A stretch of DNA of 63,553 nt, the filler included, from Octopus bimaculoides (taxonomy: Eukaryota), in NCBI RefSeq assembly GCF_001194135.2. It is 7 parts of 6 records of this genome, joined end to end, with 100 filler letters (N's around TTAATTAATTAA, not from the genome) between each part and the next. Parts side by side here need not be neighbours in the genome. Positions count along the whole stretch, not along the records: positions 25,620 to 42,599 come from NC_068982.1; positions 42,700 to 54,987 come from NC_068984.1; 5 more parts are not named here. One strand, 5' to 3'. Below are positions 37,546 to 49,285 of this stretch, one piece after another (the first letter of the stretch is position 1; every line of letters begins with the position of its first letter). The notes below the pieces were generated by a model, which was not told where the DNA came from, searched no databases, and saw only the letters and a program-made list of their open reading frames with translations. The position numbers were made by a program, and so were the translations under genes.

Positions 37546-37837
37546 AGTGCTAGACTAACCACAATACAGGAAGCTGACTGGATGATGATAATCTACATGG
37601 AGCACTAACTCATACAGTAGTAGTCATACATCTAACTCTACACTGAAGATATATATTACATGCAACAATTACATCATTTGTTAGCTAAACAGAAATCTGA
37701 AATTACCTTTTTCTGTCAAGACTATTTGATTAATGATGAAGTAGACATCTTCAAAACTTACCCTAAAATTTAATTTATTCATGCCCAAATATTAAATGCA
37801 TCCTACCCTATTAATTCTGGGATATTACTATTTGTAG

Positions 37838-38062
37838 GTGAAAGACCAAATGAACAAACAGGACTAAAAGAGCTTCTTAATCTTCGAAATATCCAAATTC
37901 ACAGTGTGGAAGACCCCAAGGCTGGAATGTGGTCCTTGAAAATTTCTAGTTCAAGTCCACATACTATCCGTTTAACTGGCCTTAGTCCAATAGGATTTAC
38001 GGCAGGATTTTCAAGAAAATCTGTCTCTGATTTTTCTGAAACAGATTTTAGGCCTGTTGAAG
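37838..38062 (+). CDS. HMCN1: Hemicentin-1-like next exon, phase 1 to phase 1
   Basis: TTTGTAG acceptor ending 37837, GTAAGT donor at 38063. 225 nt, in frame with the previous exon (G+GT=Gly): ERPNEQTGLKELLNLRNIQIHSVEDPKAGMWSLKISSSSPHTIRLTGLSPIGFTAGFSRKSVSDFSETDFRPVE, matching recalled hemicentin GLHELLNI...[36 protein letters not shown]. Confidence 0.9.
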
Positions 38063-38890
38063 GTAAGTGATTTTATTGATAATATTCCAGCTTCTTATAA
38101 TTGATTTTTTTACGGTTACATAGAATTAAAAATCTAATCTTCATGTATTTTTATGCTTCAAATACAGTTTCACTACCACTATGATAGAAATTATAATTTT
38201 CTAGATGAAATGAAATTAAAACTCAATTCTGTGCATTATATGTAAATATATATATATATATATATATATAATAAGTTCATAAATAGATTACAATTTCTGG
38301 ATAGAAGGGCAACAGTTTTTAGCTTAAAAGCCAAACAAGGGTTTGGAAAATCATCAGACTGTGAGGTCTGTTCATGATAAAAACTTTCTAAACAACTATT
38401 ATTGACTTACCAACCTACCATCACTATGTATGTGCGTGAGTGTGAGTGTATACAGATAGATAGATGGAAGGATGGATGGATGGATGGATGGATGGATGGA
38501 TGGATGGAGAGAGGGATGGATGAATAGCCGAACAGACAGATAGACAAACAAACAAACAGACAGACAGAAATCTGTGTATCATACTTAAAGCATATGCAAT
38601 GTTGAAAGCTTGAAAAACTGTGGTATTAGTCTCAAGAAAGCATCTATTTTAGGTGTACAGTGTTAAAAAGCAGAAACATATCAGAAGCCGTCAAAAATCA
38701 TCCAGGGTAGTGATGGCATTGCATCTGCTACTGATGATAGCCATGATGTGCATAAGAGATGCTTTCTTAAGATGAATACCACACTTTATTAGACTTCAAT
38801 GATATTTAGCTTTAAGTATGATACATAGATTGCTATTTTGAACTGACATTGCTTCTGTCATGCATAACAAATGTGTGTGTGTGTGTGTGA

Positions 38891-38949
<59 letters not shown>

Positions 38950-39494
38950 TACATACATGGCTAGCAGTGTACTCTGTAGGAATACTGATAAATATTCCTG
39001 TTTAATCTTACAATCAGTAGAATGCCTTACTAATNNNNNNNNNNNNNNNNNNNNNNNNNNNNNNNNNNNNNNNNNNNNNNNNNNNNNNNNNNNNNNNNNN
39101 NNNNNNNNNNNNNNNNNNNNNNNNNNNNNNNNNNNNNNNNNNNNNNNNNNNNNNNNNNNNNNNNNNNNNNNNNNNNNNNNNNNNNNNNNNNNNNNNNNNN
39201 NNNNNNNNNNNNNNNNNNNNNNNNNNNNNNNNNNNNNNNNNNNNNNNNNNNNNNNNNNNATATATATATATATATATATATACACACATGTGTGTGTGTG
39301 TGTGTGTAATGTAATATTTTGGACTAATGGGTATATGTCAATCAACGTGTTGAGTAAAGCATATTCACAGTTTGGGCTACCTGGTGTCATCCATGGTTGG
39401 GGTTTATTTCTGCTGAATCTACTTCAGGAAATCCACAGTGTTAGTTGACATAATGATAAGCCACTTCATTCATCAATTATTATATATATATATA

Positions 39495-39775
39495 GGCACA
39501 GGAGTGGCTGTGTGGTAAGAAGCTTGTTTCCCAACCACATGGTTCCAGGTTCAGTCCCACTGTGTAGCACCTTGGGCAAGTGTCTTCTACTATAGCCTCG
39601 GGCCGACCAAAGCCTTGTGAGTGGGTTTGGTAGATGGAAACTGAAAGAAGCCCATCATATATATATATGTATGTTTGTGTGTCTGTATTTGCCCCCCCCC
39701 CATCATTGCTTGACAACCTATGTTGGTGTGTTTATGTCCCTGTAACTTAGTGTTCAGCAAAAGAGACTGATAGAA
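39495..39775 (+). mobile_element. SINE family B
   Basis: gcacaggagtggctgtgtggtaagaag..gcaccttgggcaagtgtcttctactatagcctcgggccgacc. Confidence 0.85.
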
Positions 39776-40074
39776 TCCACAGCATCTCTATTAGAAAATC
39801 TAATATGACAGTTGTCTTTTGATTCAACATTAATATAACAAAACTTTGTCCCTGGATAACATCTGTGTAAGAAAACTATGTTCCTGGAATTGATAATAAA
39901 AATTTTCTTTATTTCACCAATGTTGAGATAACAAACATAAAATAGATGACAATACGAAAATGTAATAGACAACAACACAAAATATAAGATGATAATAATA
40001 TTTATTGTTAAAATAGTATCAAAATGTATTTTTGACTCTAAATGATCAATCATGACACCACATACATATGTATA

Positions 40075-40142
40075 TTTTGCGGCACCCCTTGGTAGATCTC
40101 GCAGCACACCAAAGTGCCGTGGCACATCAGTCGGGAACTTGT
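40075..40142 (-). mobile_element. Probable hAT-type MITE terminus
   Basis: Reverse complement resembles CAGTGGTTCCCAA.CTG..GTGCCGCGGCAC ends. Only one end was found. Confidence 0.4.
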
Positions 40143-41751
40143 GTGCTAAGCAGTGTTGTGTATAATATTAACTTGTTACCAGTTCAAATATTCTTGAAGT
40201 ATATTCAAACCCATAAGAAAGCTATTCACTGTATTTTGTCATGGAGAAGAGTTTTTGCAATAGACAAATAGGTGTTTGTACCTATTTGTCAGTTTGTAGC
40301 ACACACTAACCAGACTGGTAGATGCATACATTTCAGAGTGGTTCACAACTACCATCACCTTATTACCATCAGGCCTCATAACAATATTGTCACACATATT
40401 CCATAACCATTTATAGGTTTCTTCTAGAACTCCTTCTTTCTTACAAAATATACAATGCTATTTGAGAATGATGATGATCGCAATGACAATAGCAATGGTG
40501 ATGATGATGATATGTTGACATGACAGCTTGAAATGTAATAAGGATGCATCACTGATGCAAATAACAGGATTGTTATGCCATTGTTGTCGTTGATGTCATC
40601 AACATCATCATCATTGTCTTCACTGCCATCAACAACATCTTCTTCATCTGTGAAAGTATTTACTAGTCTATTGTGATGTATTCTTATTTTATATTTGATT
40701 TCCACTTGTAACTTCCTATTCATACACTTCCTTCAAGATTTCAATCTAGAATGAATAGCCGAAATATTTTTCTATGAGCTTTATCTTCCCCAAATAACAC
40801 TTTGTCAATGAACAGAAGTAGAAACATATGTAAATGTTACTTTGGTTGTTTTGTTTTATATTTTCCAACAACCTCAAAAATATAATCTATGAATGACAGC
40901 TTGTTCTAATTCACATGTTATTGTTTATCCATTTCATAGTCAACAGACTATTTCCTTTATTTTTGGTATTTATTATTTGGCTTTTAGAGCAAACCAAAGC
41001 ATCTATCTTAAAAAATAAACAAAGATAGATGAAGTTATCAGACATAAAACGTAACAGCCAGCTACAAAACAAGAATTAACATACCATAACTTATGTGAAT
41101 GTTATTTTCGTTTGTGCCTCAATCAAAGACAGCAGACAGTCTAACTTTCTTAAAATAGTCTCCAAAATCCACCCACATGTAAAAAGATATACATATATTA
41201 CTGACCAATCCAAAAGCCTATTTTCGTATACATGGGACCTTCAAACAATTGTCACTTTACACCCATTAATCTTACTCAAATTAATCTTACTTCCAATTGT
41301 ATTCATACGTATGTATGCATGTGCATGCATGTGTGTGTGGGTGAATTATATATTATAATGTGTGTGTTTGTGAATTATATATTATAATGTATATATAATT
41401 ATATATTATAATATTATAATTGCATATTATAATGTGTGTGTGAATTATATATTATAATGTGAATCATATATTATAATTATATATTATTAAATTATATATT
41501 ATAATTTGAATTTTTTAGTTTCTAGTCCTTTCCTTGTTGTTATACTTCAAAATGTATGAAAAGATTAAAGCATTATTATTTTTTCTTTCGGTTTTTGTAT
41601 TAATCCTTATTTGGAAGTATCTGATAAACATTTAAATCAATAACTAATGTAATATCATGAAATAACTAATAACATAATTAAATTTTACCCAAATATACTT
41701 CAATATATAGCCAATTCAGTTGAAAATATAATTTAATTATCTAGTCACTAT

Positions 41752-42098
41752 ATCATCATCATCATCATCATCATTTATCATCCATTTTCCATGCTGGCAT
41801 GGGTTCAATGGTTTGACATGAACTGGTAAGCTGGCTGCAGTCTGTTTTGGCTTGGTTTCTATGGTTGAATGCCTTTCCTAATGCCAACCACTCCATAGTG
41901 TGTACTAGGTGTCTTTTACACATCGCCGACACTGGGGCCCTTAACATGTCATCGGTATGGGTGCCTTTAACTTGTAACTGGCATGGGTGACATTTATGTG
42001 TCACTGGCACAGGTGCCTATTGCGTGTCACCTGCATGGGTGCCTTCTATGTGTCACCAGCATGAATTCCTCACATGTGTCGCTGGTACTGGCCATGGC

Positions 42099-42129
<31 letters not shown>

Positions 42130-42599
42130 GTCAAGCTAAGTGAATCATGGTCATTGACAGTGCCAGTGACATATAAAAAGCACCCAGTACATTCTATAAA
42201 GTAGTTGGCATTAGGAAGGGCATCCAGCAATAGAAACCCAGCCAAAACGGATGACTGGGGTCTAGTGCAGCTCTCCAGGTAACCAGTTCCAGTCAAGCCA
42301 TCTAATCCATACCAGCAGGACAAACGGATGTTAAATGATGATGATGATTTTATATATATATATATATATTTCATCATCATCATCATCATCGTTTAACGTC
42401 CGCTTTCCATGCTAGCATGGGTTGGACGATTTGACTGAGGACTGGTGAAACCGGATGGCAACACCAGGCTCCAGTCTGATTTGGCAGAGTTTCTACAGCT
42501 GGATGCCCTTCCTAACGCCAACCACTCAGAGAGTGTAGTGGGTGCTTTTACGTGTCACCCGCACGAAAACGGCCACGCTCGAAATGGTGTCTTTTATGT
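41752..42599. mobile_element. Cluster of three family-E repeats in alternating orientation (-, +, -)
   Basis: 41752-42097 minus, 42130-42347 plus, 42372-42599 minus, separated by (TA)n and (CAT)n. Confidence 0.8.
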
Positions 42600-42699
42600 N
42601 NNNNNNNNNNNNNNNNNNNNNNNNNNNNNNNNNNNNNNNNNNNTTAATTAATTAANNNNNNNNNNNNNNNNNNNNNNNNNNNNNNNNNNNNNNNNNNNN

Positions 42700-42953
42700 A
42701 ACTGTCCCTGAAAGGTCGGACGGAGGTGGCAAATGTGTACATCGCATCCGACATCTATTACCGTCTGACCGTCGTACCTTGTCACGAGTCACGCCTAAAC
42801 AAGCTGGAACGTATACACTTTCGCGTTCTGTGGAAGGGGCGCGTTCCTCTTGTCAGGCGGTCCATCTGCTGTCGACAGCCGCTGGATGGAGGGCTGGGCA
42901 TGCCGCGGTTGCTAATCCACAGGCATGAGCTGAGACTGCGGCATCTCCAGCTT
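42700..42953 (+). mobile_element. Tx1/L1-clade LINE fragment (post-RT region), uninterrupted
   Basis: LSLKGRTEVANVYIASDIYY..KLERIHFRVLWKGRVPLVRRSICC..LDGGLGMP, matching the L1/Tx1 LS..GR..FLW..K..GGLG motif. Confidence 0.8.
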
Positions 42954-42989
42954 TAATAATAATAATATTAATAATGGTAATGATAATGA

Positions 42990-43450
42990 TAGGGCTACAG
43001 CAAATATTCTGCTTAATACCACAGATTTGCTTGTCAGTTGTTTGACCGTAACCATTTGAGCATGTGCCTCGGTGGCTGATGATATGTACATCTCTGATCA
43101 TGAGCAGAAGAAGTGGGGGAGCATCATAGCCATGTGTTGAGAGGAATTTGTTGGGGTTTGAATAATTCACCTTTGGAAACATGGGTGTTTTGCTCAATAT
43201 CCTTAAACAAACCCTTATTGAGGGACATTTTGGGCGGGATGGGCTACTCGACCTGAAGAAAATTTTAACTGGGCCCCACCTGTGAGGTCATGCGCTATTT
43301 ATCTTGATATGAGATCACTATGTCACGCACATTTGGTTGTGATGCATATGCCTGGTGTACCCTTATCAGACGGGTAGTCATGATGGGTATAATGGGCTTC
43401 GTATATTTTACCCCAGTGTCACTTTGATGGCATGCACTGCTCTCTCACTC

Positions 43451-43452
<2 letters not shown>
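42990..43452. mobile_element. Element X, copy 2
   Basis: Colinear with 1281-1684, extends to catgcactgctctctcactc, then (AAT)n. Confidence 0.75.
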
Positions 43453-43496
<44 letters not shown>

Positions 43497-43729
43497 GAAA
43501 GGATAATGATAATGATAATAATAATATGTAAATAAAATACAACTAAGAAGTGCTTTATTGCAGGTTTGAGAAATTTACTAAAATTTAATATAATTAATTA
43601 ACGTGAAATTAGTACTTCTTTGAAGTGTTTTTCCTACAAATTCTCATAAATTTTACCATTTTCTTGCCTGAGCAATGTTTTTTTTTTGTTTTTTCCTTTT
43701 TAAATATGGCAAACTGACCTGTAGTGTAG

Positions 43730-43940
43730 TCTCAGGTTAATTAATGACATAACTATGATGTCCTAGGCTAATTAATGACAACATACACTGTTCTAAAATG
43801 TTCTATATTAATTAATGACATAACTATGATGTCTTAATTAACGACATGATCGTTCTTATGATGTTGTCCCAGATTAATTGATGATGTAACTAAGTGTTTC
43901 GTAATGCTGTCCCAGATTATATCATGACATACATGTTCTT
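43730..43940. repeat. Degenerate ~30-40 bp tandem repeat (gtcccaggttaattaatgacataactatgat-like)
   Basis: About six recurrences of ttaattaatgaca..atgatgt. Confidence 0.7.
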
Positions 43941-44349
43941 GTAATCATCATCATCATCGTCATCGTTATCACCGTCGCCATTGTCCTTGTCGTCGTTGTC
44001 ATCATTGTCATCATTGTCGTGTCGTCGTCATCATCATCATCATCATCACCATCACCACCATCATCATCATCATCACCATCATCATCAATATCATCATCAT
44101 CATCTTCAACATCATCATCATCATCGTCGTCGTCGTCATCATCATCATCATTCNNNNNNNNNNATCGTTATCACCGTCGCCATTGTCCTTGTCGTCGTTG
44201 TCATCATTGTCATCATTGTCGTGTCGTCGTCATCATCATCATCATCATCACCATCACCACCATCATCATCATCATCACCATCATCATCAATATCATCATC
44301 ATCATCTTCAACATCATCATCATCATCGTCGTCGTCGTCATCATCATCA

Positions 44350-44640
44350 TCATTCAACATTTGTTTTCCATGCTGGCATGAGTTGGACGATTTGACAGGT
44401 GACATCAAGCCCAGAAGATCAAACCAAGCTGCATGTCTACTTTTGGCATGGCTTCTGTAACTGGGATACCCTTCCCTAATGCCGACCACTTTACAGAGTG
44501 TACTGGGTGCTTTTTACATAGCAGGAACACCAGTGATGTCACCAAGTGACTCACAAGACAAGACTGCTCGACTGAGGAAGTTGGAGGGTAGCATTGAGGG
44601 AGGTGGTTTTGTGCCAGTCGATGTACCAGTAAGAGTATGT
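44350..44640 (-). mobile_element. Repeat family E with long (CAT)n tail (43940-44350)
   Basis: ttttccatgctggcatgagttggac..ggatacccttccctaatgccgaccact. Confidence 0.75.
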
Positions 44641-44994
44641 TGGCCTAAATTAATTAATGATGTCACTAGCTGTTGTCTAGTGTCGTTATTGTAGGTTAAC
44701 TCATGGCATTGCTAACTGTTCTAGGTTCAGTGATGACAGAACTAACTCTTCTGTAGAGTTGTTCTAGATGAGCTCATCATTTAAAGCAACTAATTAATTA
44801 ACTGTACTAAGTCAGAAGGACGGTTAGAACAAGCTGTTCTATTCAACATTCTAACAACCCTGACAAATTGTTCCCTGCACACAAATACACATACACACAC
44901 ACGCACACGCACATACACACACATACATACACACCGTTACCACCACCACCACCACTTGTGAAAACACTGATGAAATAATTTTTAAGTAAACATA

Positions 44995-45415
44995 CGGGTG
45001 TGGCTGTGTGGTAAGAAGTTCGCTTCCCAACGACATGGTTCCAAATTCAGTCCCACGACATGGTACTTTTTGTGTAAGTATCTTCTACTATTTTCCTGCG
45101 CTGACCAAAGCCTTGTGAGTGGATTTGGTAGACAGAAAATGAAAGAACTTCGTTGTATATATGTATATCTGTGTGTGTGTGTGTGTGTGTGTCTATATGT
45201 GTGTGTCTTTGTGTTAGTGTTTGTTCCCAACCACTGCTTGACAACCGGTTTATGTCCCTGTAACTTTAATGGTTTGGCAAGACACCAATAGAATAAATAC
45301 CAGCCTTAAAAATAACAAATTCTGGCGTTGATTTGTTCAACTAAAATCTTTCAAAGTGGTGCCCCAGCATGGCCGTCGTCGGATGACTGAAACAAGTAAA
45401 AGATAAAAGATACAA
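44995..45415 (+). mobile_element. SINE family B, full length
   Basis: Head, internal (TG)n and tail gtgccccagcatggccg..gactgaaacaagtaaaagataaaaga. Confidence 0.85.
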
Positions 45416-46324
45416 GATGTTATGTTTGTTGCCCCAGGAATATAAAAATGAAAAATAAATTCAGAAATGCTGAACAGGAACGATGGTTAAAATGGTGTTG
45501 ACATATTTAGCACAAAAGTGACAAGCCGGCTGAATTGCTAGGCCGTTGGACGAAATGCTTAGCAGCATTTCTTCTGGTGAATGAGGTGAATTCATCTAGT
45601 TAAATTTTTTCGACAAGGTAACTACAGATGATAATAAGGAAACCAAGAACGTAACTATCCCCAGTAGCCTGATTTCAAAATGATAAAAGTTTAAATTTTG
45701 AAAAATATCACCGAACAACCATCACTATATTTTACACAAAACACTGAATAAATTTCAAGTTATTTTAACTAAAGATTTAACAATTTTTTTAATATCCCCA
45801 AAGAAATTAATGTTTCTTCTCACATCGCTCAATCTACGAACGAAACTGATACCTGCTCAAAAGATAGACACCTTTTCAACAATATCATTGAAACTTGTAA
45901 GAAAACCAGCGCTTGCAGTTTTCATGCGTTTACTTTTTAGAAGCATTAGAAATGGCTACCAACTGAAAAAGACGAACCGAAATAAAATAAAACCTTTAGT
46001 GTTACACGAAACAAAGAATACTTCTAAAGATGATAACTATAATCCTCACGCCAACTTTAAAGTAGAAACCAAGAAAGAGTAGAGTCAATCAAAATATTTT
46101 AGATTCATTTGTAACTTTAAGCAGGTCACTTCTCTTCGGTTGTGGAATAGAATTTTATTGGTTATGAAAAGGTTCAATAACATAGATTATAAAACATTTT
46201 AATTTATGCAATCTCTTCGTTAACAAGCCTTAGTATTAGCTGATGGTTATATTATAAGTGACTCTGGCATTAAATACTATAATTCATGTTGGAAAAGCTT
46301 TGCTAATTTTACAATAATTAAGGA

Positions 46325-46625
46325 GCGCTCCGTCGGTTATGACGGCGAGGGTCCCAGCTGATACGATCAACGGAACAGCTTGCTCGTGAAATTACAGACA
46401 CGTGTACCCCTAACGTGGTTCTCAGGGAGATTCAGCGTGACATGGTGTGTGACAAGGCTGGCCCTTTGAAATATTGGTACAACTCTTTTTTGCCAGCTGA
46501 GTGAAACTGGAGCAACGTGAAATAAAATGTCTTGCTCAAGGACACACCACGTCACCGGGAGTTGAACTCACGACCTTACGATCGTAGGCAGAATGCCCTG
46601 ATCACTAAGCCATGCGCCTTCACTT
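46325..46625 (-). mobile_element. SINE family C, full length
   Basis: Head gtgaaggcgcatggcttagtg..gagttcaactccc, tail ..gatcgtatcagctgggaccctcgccgtcataaccgacggagcgc. Confidence 0.9.
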
Positions 46626-46659
46626 TACAATAATACTTTTAGGGTTAAACGTTGTTGTT

Positions 46660-47235
46660 GTTGTTGGCACTCCGTCGCTTNNNNNNNNNNNNNNNNNNNN
46701 NNNNNNNNNNNNNNNNNNNNNNNNNNNNNNNNNNNNNNNNNNNNNNNNNNNNNNNNNNNNNNNNNNNNNNNNNNNNNNNNNNNNNNNNNNNNNNNNNNNN
46801 NNNNNNNNNNNNNNNNNNNNNNNNNNNNNNNNNNNNNNNNNNNNNNNNNNNNNNNNNNNNNNNNNNNNNNNNNNNNNNNNNNNNNNNNNNNNNNNNNNNN
46901 NNNNNNNNNNNNTGACGGCGAGGGTCCCAGCTGATACGATCAACGGAACAGCTTGCTCGTGAAATTACAGACACGTGTACCCTTAACGTAGTTCTCAGGG
47001 ATATTCAGCGTGACACAGTGTGACAAGTCTGACCCTTTGAATTACAGGCACAACAGAAACGGGAAGAAAGTTGTGGTGAAAGAGTACAGAAGGGTTCGCC
47101 ACCCTCCCCTGCCGGAGCCTCGTGGAGCTTTAGGTGTTTTCGCTCAATAACACTCACAACGCCGGGTCTGGGAATCGAACCCGCGATCCTATGACCGCGA
47201 GTCCGCTGCCCTAACCACTGGGCCATTACGCCTCC
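46660..47235 (-). mobile_element. SINE with family-C tail but a different tRNA head and body (C')
   Basis: A box TGGCCCAGTGG, B box GGTTCGATTCC; tail matches 46325-46460. Partly in a gap. Confidence 0.8.
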
Positions 47236-47901
47236 AGGGTTAAACGTAACTGTTAGACATTGTTTGAAGAAGCTATGGGATCGTGTGCTTTGATAAAATA
47301 ATTATGCAACTTAGATTACTTTGGAAAAGGTTCCGCAATGCAGAAATTAGTCTTTACCGCGATGAGGGACAACGTATTCAAAGAATTAGATTTAACGGTC
47401 GCAACAGAATCCAAGCTAAAAAACATGGTTCATTGTTTTTTTTTAGACGTAGCTCTAAAATTAGGAGCAGAGCAATTTAAACTTTTGGTAATGAATCTAA
47501 CATCATAATTAACAATAGAAAATAAAAATTAATTATTAACAACTGAAGAACTAAGAAGAATGTTGAAGACATAATCATAAAAATCATTTCAATAATTTTT
47601 ATTATTAGAAATCTGTTGGAAAATATAAAAAAATAGTGGGAACTGTGTGATAAAGGTTGGTCGGTGGAAGAAGGCAGACAATGGATGTAAAAAAAAATAT
47701 ATAAAATTGAAAATAATGAAAGCAATAATGAAAAAACAGCAAATAAATAATAATGATAATAATGAAAAATAATGGGAAAAAATAAAGAAAAATAAAGGTA
47801 AAAATGAAAATGAAACAAATAATGCGAAAAATGTAATAGAAAAATGTAATCAAAATATATAGTGTATAATGAAGGAAATATAAGAGAAATATCGCGAATA
47901 A

Positions 47902-47939
<38 letters not shown>

Positions 47940-48117
47940 CGCGCACACACACAAACGCACACGCGCGTGTAGCGTGAAATTCGAGTCGCGAGACGAATTC
48001 AGTTTCAGTCTCAATAAAAACTCATTCTCTTCTTTGTATGTATGTATGTATATATATATATAGTTGAAATTTACAAAAAAAAACCCCACAAAAAAAACAA
48101 AAAAAAAACAAAAGGCG

Positions 48118-48600
48118 AAGACAGGTGTATGAACAACTAGTAGGTGTATTAGTTTGACGCTCGAGAAAGTGAGAAAGTCCTTTACGTTTCGAGTCTANNN
48201 NNNNNNNTTACTTATAAACAGTTCCTCAGAGTTCCACGCAACTGATCGCCAAACAGAAGTGAATTTTGGGAATAGTACAATGGTTTATAAATGTTCATAA
48301 ATGGTGCAACGGTAATTATACGGTAAATCAATGAACAGGAAGTTATGACTTTTAAAAATTATTACAATTTGTTGGATAAAGAAAGTTTGTGGCGTTTGTT
48401 TCGTACATGCTCTCTGTTTTGTCGGCGAGAATGTGTTCATGAAATTGTTGAAGGAATTTAGAACGGTTTTAGAAGATTGCCAATATCTTACTTTCTTGAA
48501 GGAGTTTACCAAATCCACTTCGAAGTTCTCAAGACCTTTCATCTGGCAAAGGAATTTTCATGGTTTCAAACTGAATTTATCTGTAGCTGCGATGGCAGTA
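48118..48600 (-). mobile_element. Decayed Penelope-like fragment (RT N-terminus) joined to a PLE-type terminal motif
   Basis: Minus frames KGLENFEVDLVNSFKKVRY..LADKTESMYE resemble PLE ..FExDL..KF..ADKT. Terminal part reads gactcGAAACGTAaaggactttctcac..gagcgtcaaactaatac. Confidence 0.55.
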
Positions 48601-49083
48601 TATAATTTCTATACAAAGGAAATTAAATTATTTACTCTTAAAGTGGACTGATCCCAAAGACAGACAGACGGTCCCAATTAATATTAAATAAGAAAGTGTC
48701 GCCTACTCCATGGAGTCGCTTACAGGCAATTATGTTACCAGTGAAATTAGTCATATAACAGTCAGGCTTTTTATCAGTAGCTCAAAACATTGTATAAGCC
48801 ATTGTAGCTTATGCACTTTAGAATTACAGCCACTGCAGTTTTCATAGCTTACAATTATACAACGTTGGACCTCTGTTAAGTTAACAGAATCTCTACCTGG
48901 AAAGGTGTACTATACTACAGAATATATTTATAGATTTTTTTGCTAGCTCTGTGTACAGACAGATGTAAGCATTTTGTATATACAATCTTGACGAACAGGA
49001 ATAGCGGTATCAGCCGAACCAGTTTAATATTTTGTTGGGATTTCATTATATTTCACCAGCAGCTGACTGCCCTTATTAACTGT

Positions 49084-49149
49084 ACCATGCTACATATACA
49101 CCATGCTACATATACACCATGCTACATATACACCATGTTACATATACAC
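49084..49149. repeat. 16-bp tandem repeat x4 (accatgctacatatac)
   Basis: Directly visible. Confidence 0.95.
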
Positions 49150-49257
49150 GGATACTCTCCTATATAGGCACACACCACCCCGTTTCCTCCACCCATCTAA
49201 CTTCCCTCATAGCACAGCATTTCTCCTTTTTATTTTATACTTTATTTTATTTTTTTT

Positions 49258-49285
49258 TTGATGAAGGACTATCGTCCGAAACATT
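49258..49285 (+). ncRNA. Minimal hammerhead-ribozyme-like motif, degenerate
   Basis: UUGAUGA-A-GGAC-UAUC-GUCC-GAAA-CAUU: perfect helix II, C3>U and G16.2>A changes. U-tract/A-tract could form helix I. Confidence 0.5.

Noticed and set aside
41330-41510. AT-rich tandem tgtgaattatatattataat with short palindromes
   Set aside because: Ordinary low-complexity slippage repeat; palindromy is expected from its composition.
43965-44489. ~190-bp duplication and poly-His/Ser/Asp ORFs
   Set aside because: The duplication spans a 10-N gap, and the ORFs are translations of a (CAT)n tail.
47160-47235. tRNA gene candidate with good A and B boxes
   Set aside because: No acceptor-stem pairing and it continues into a SINE body; the same applies to other SINE heads.
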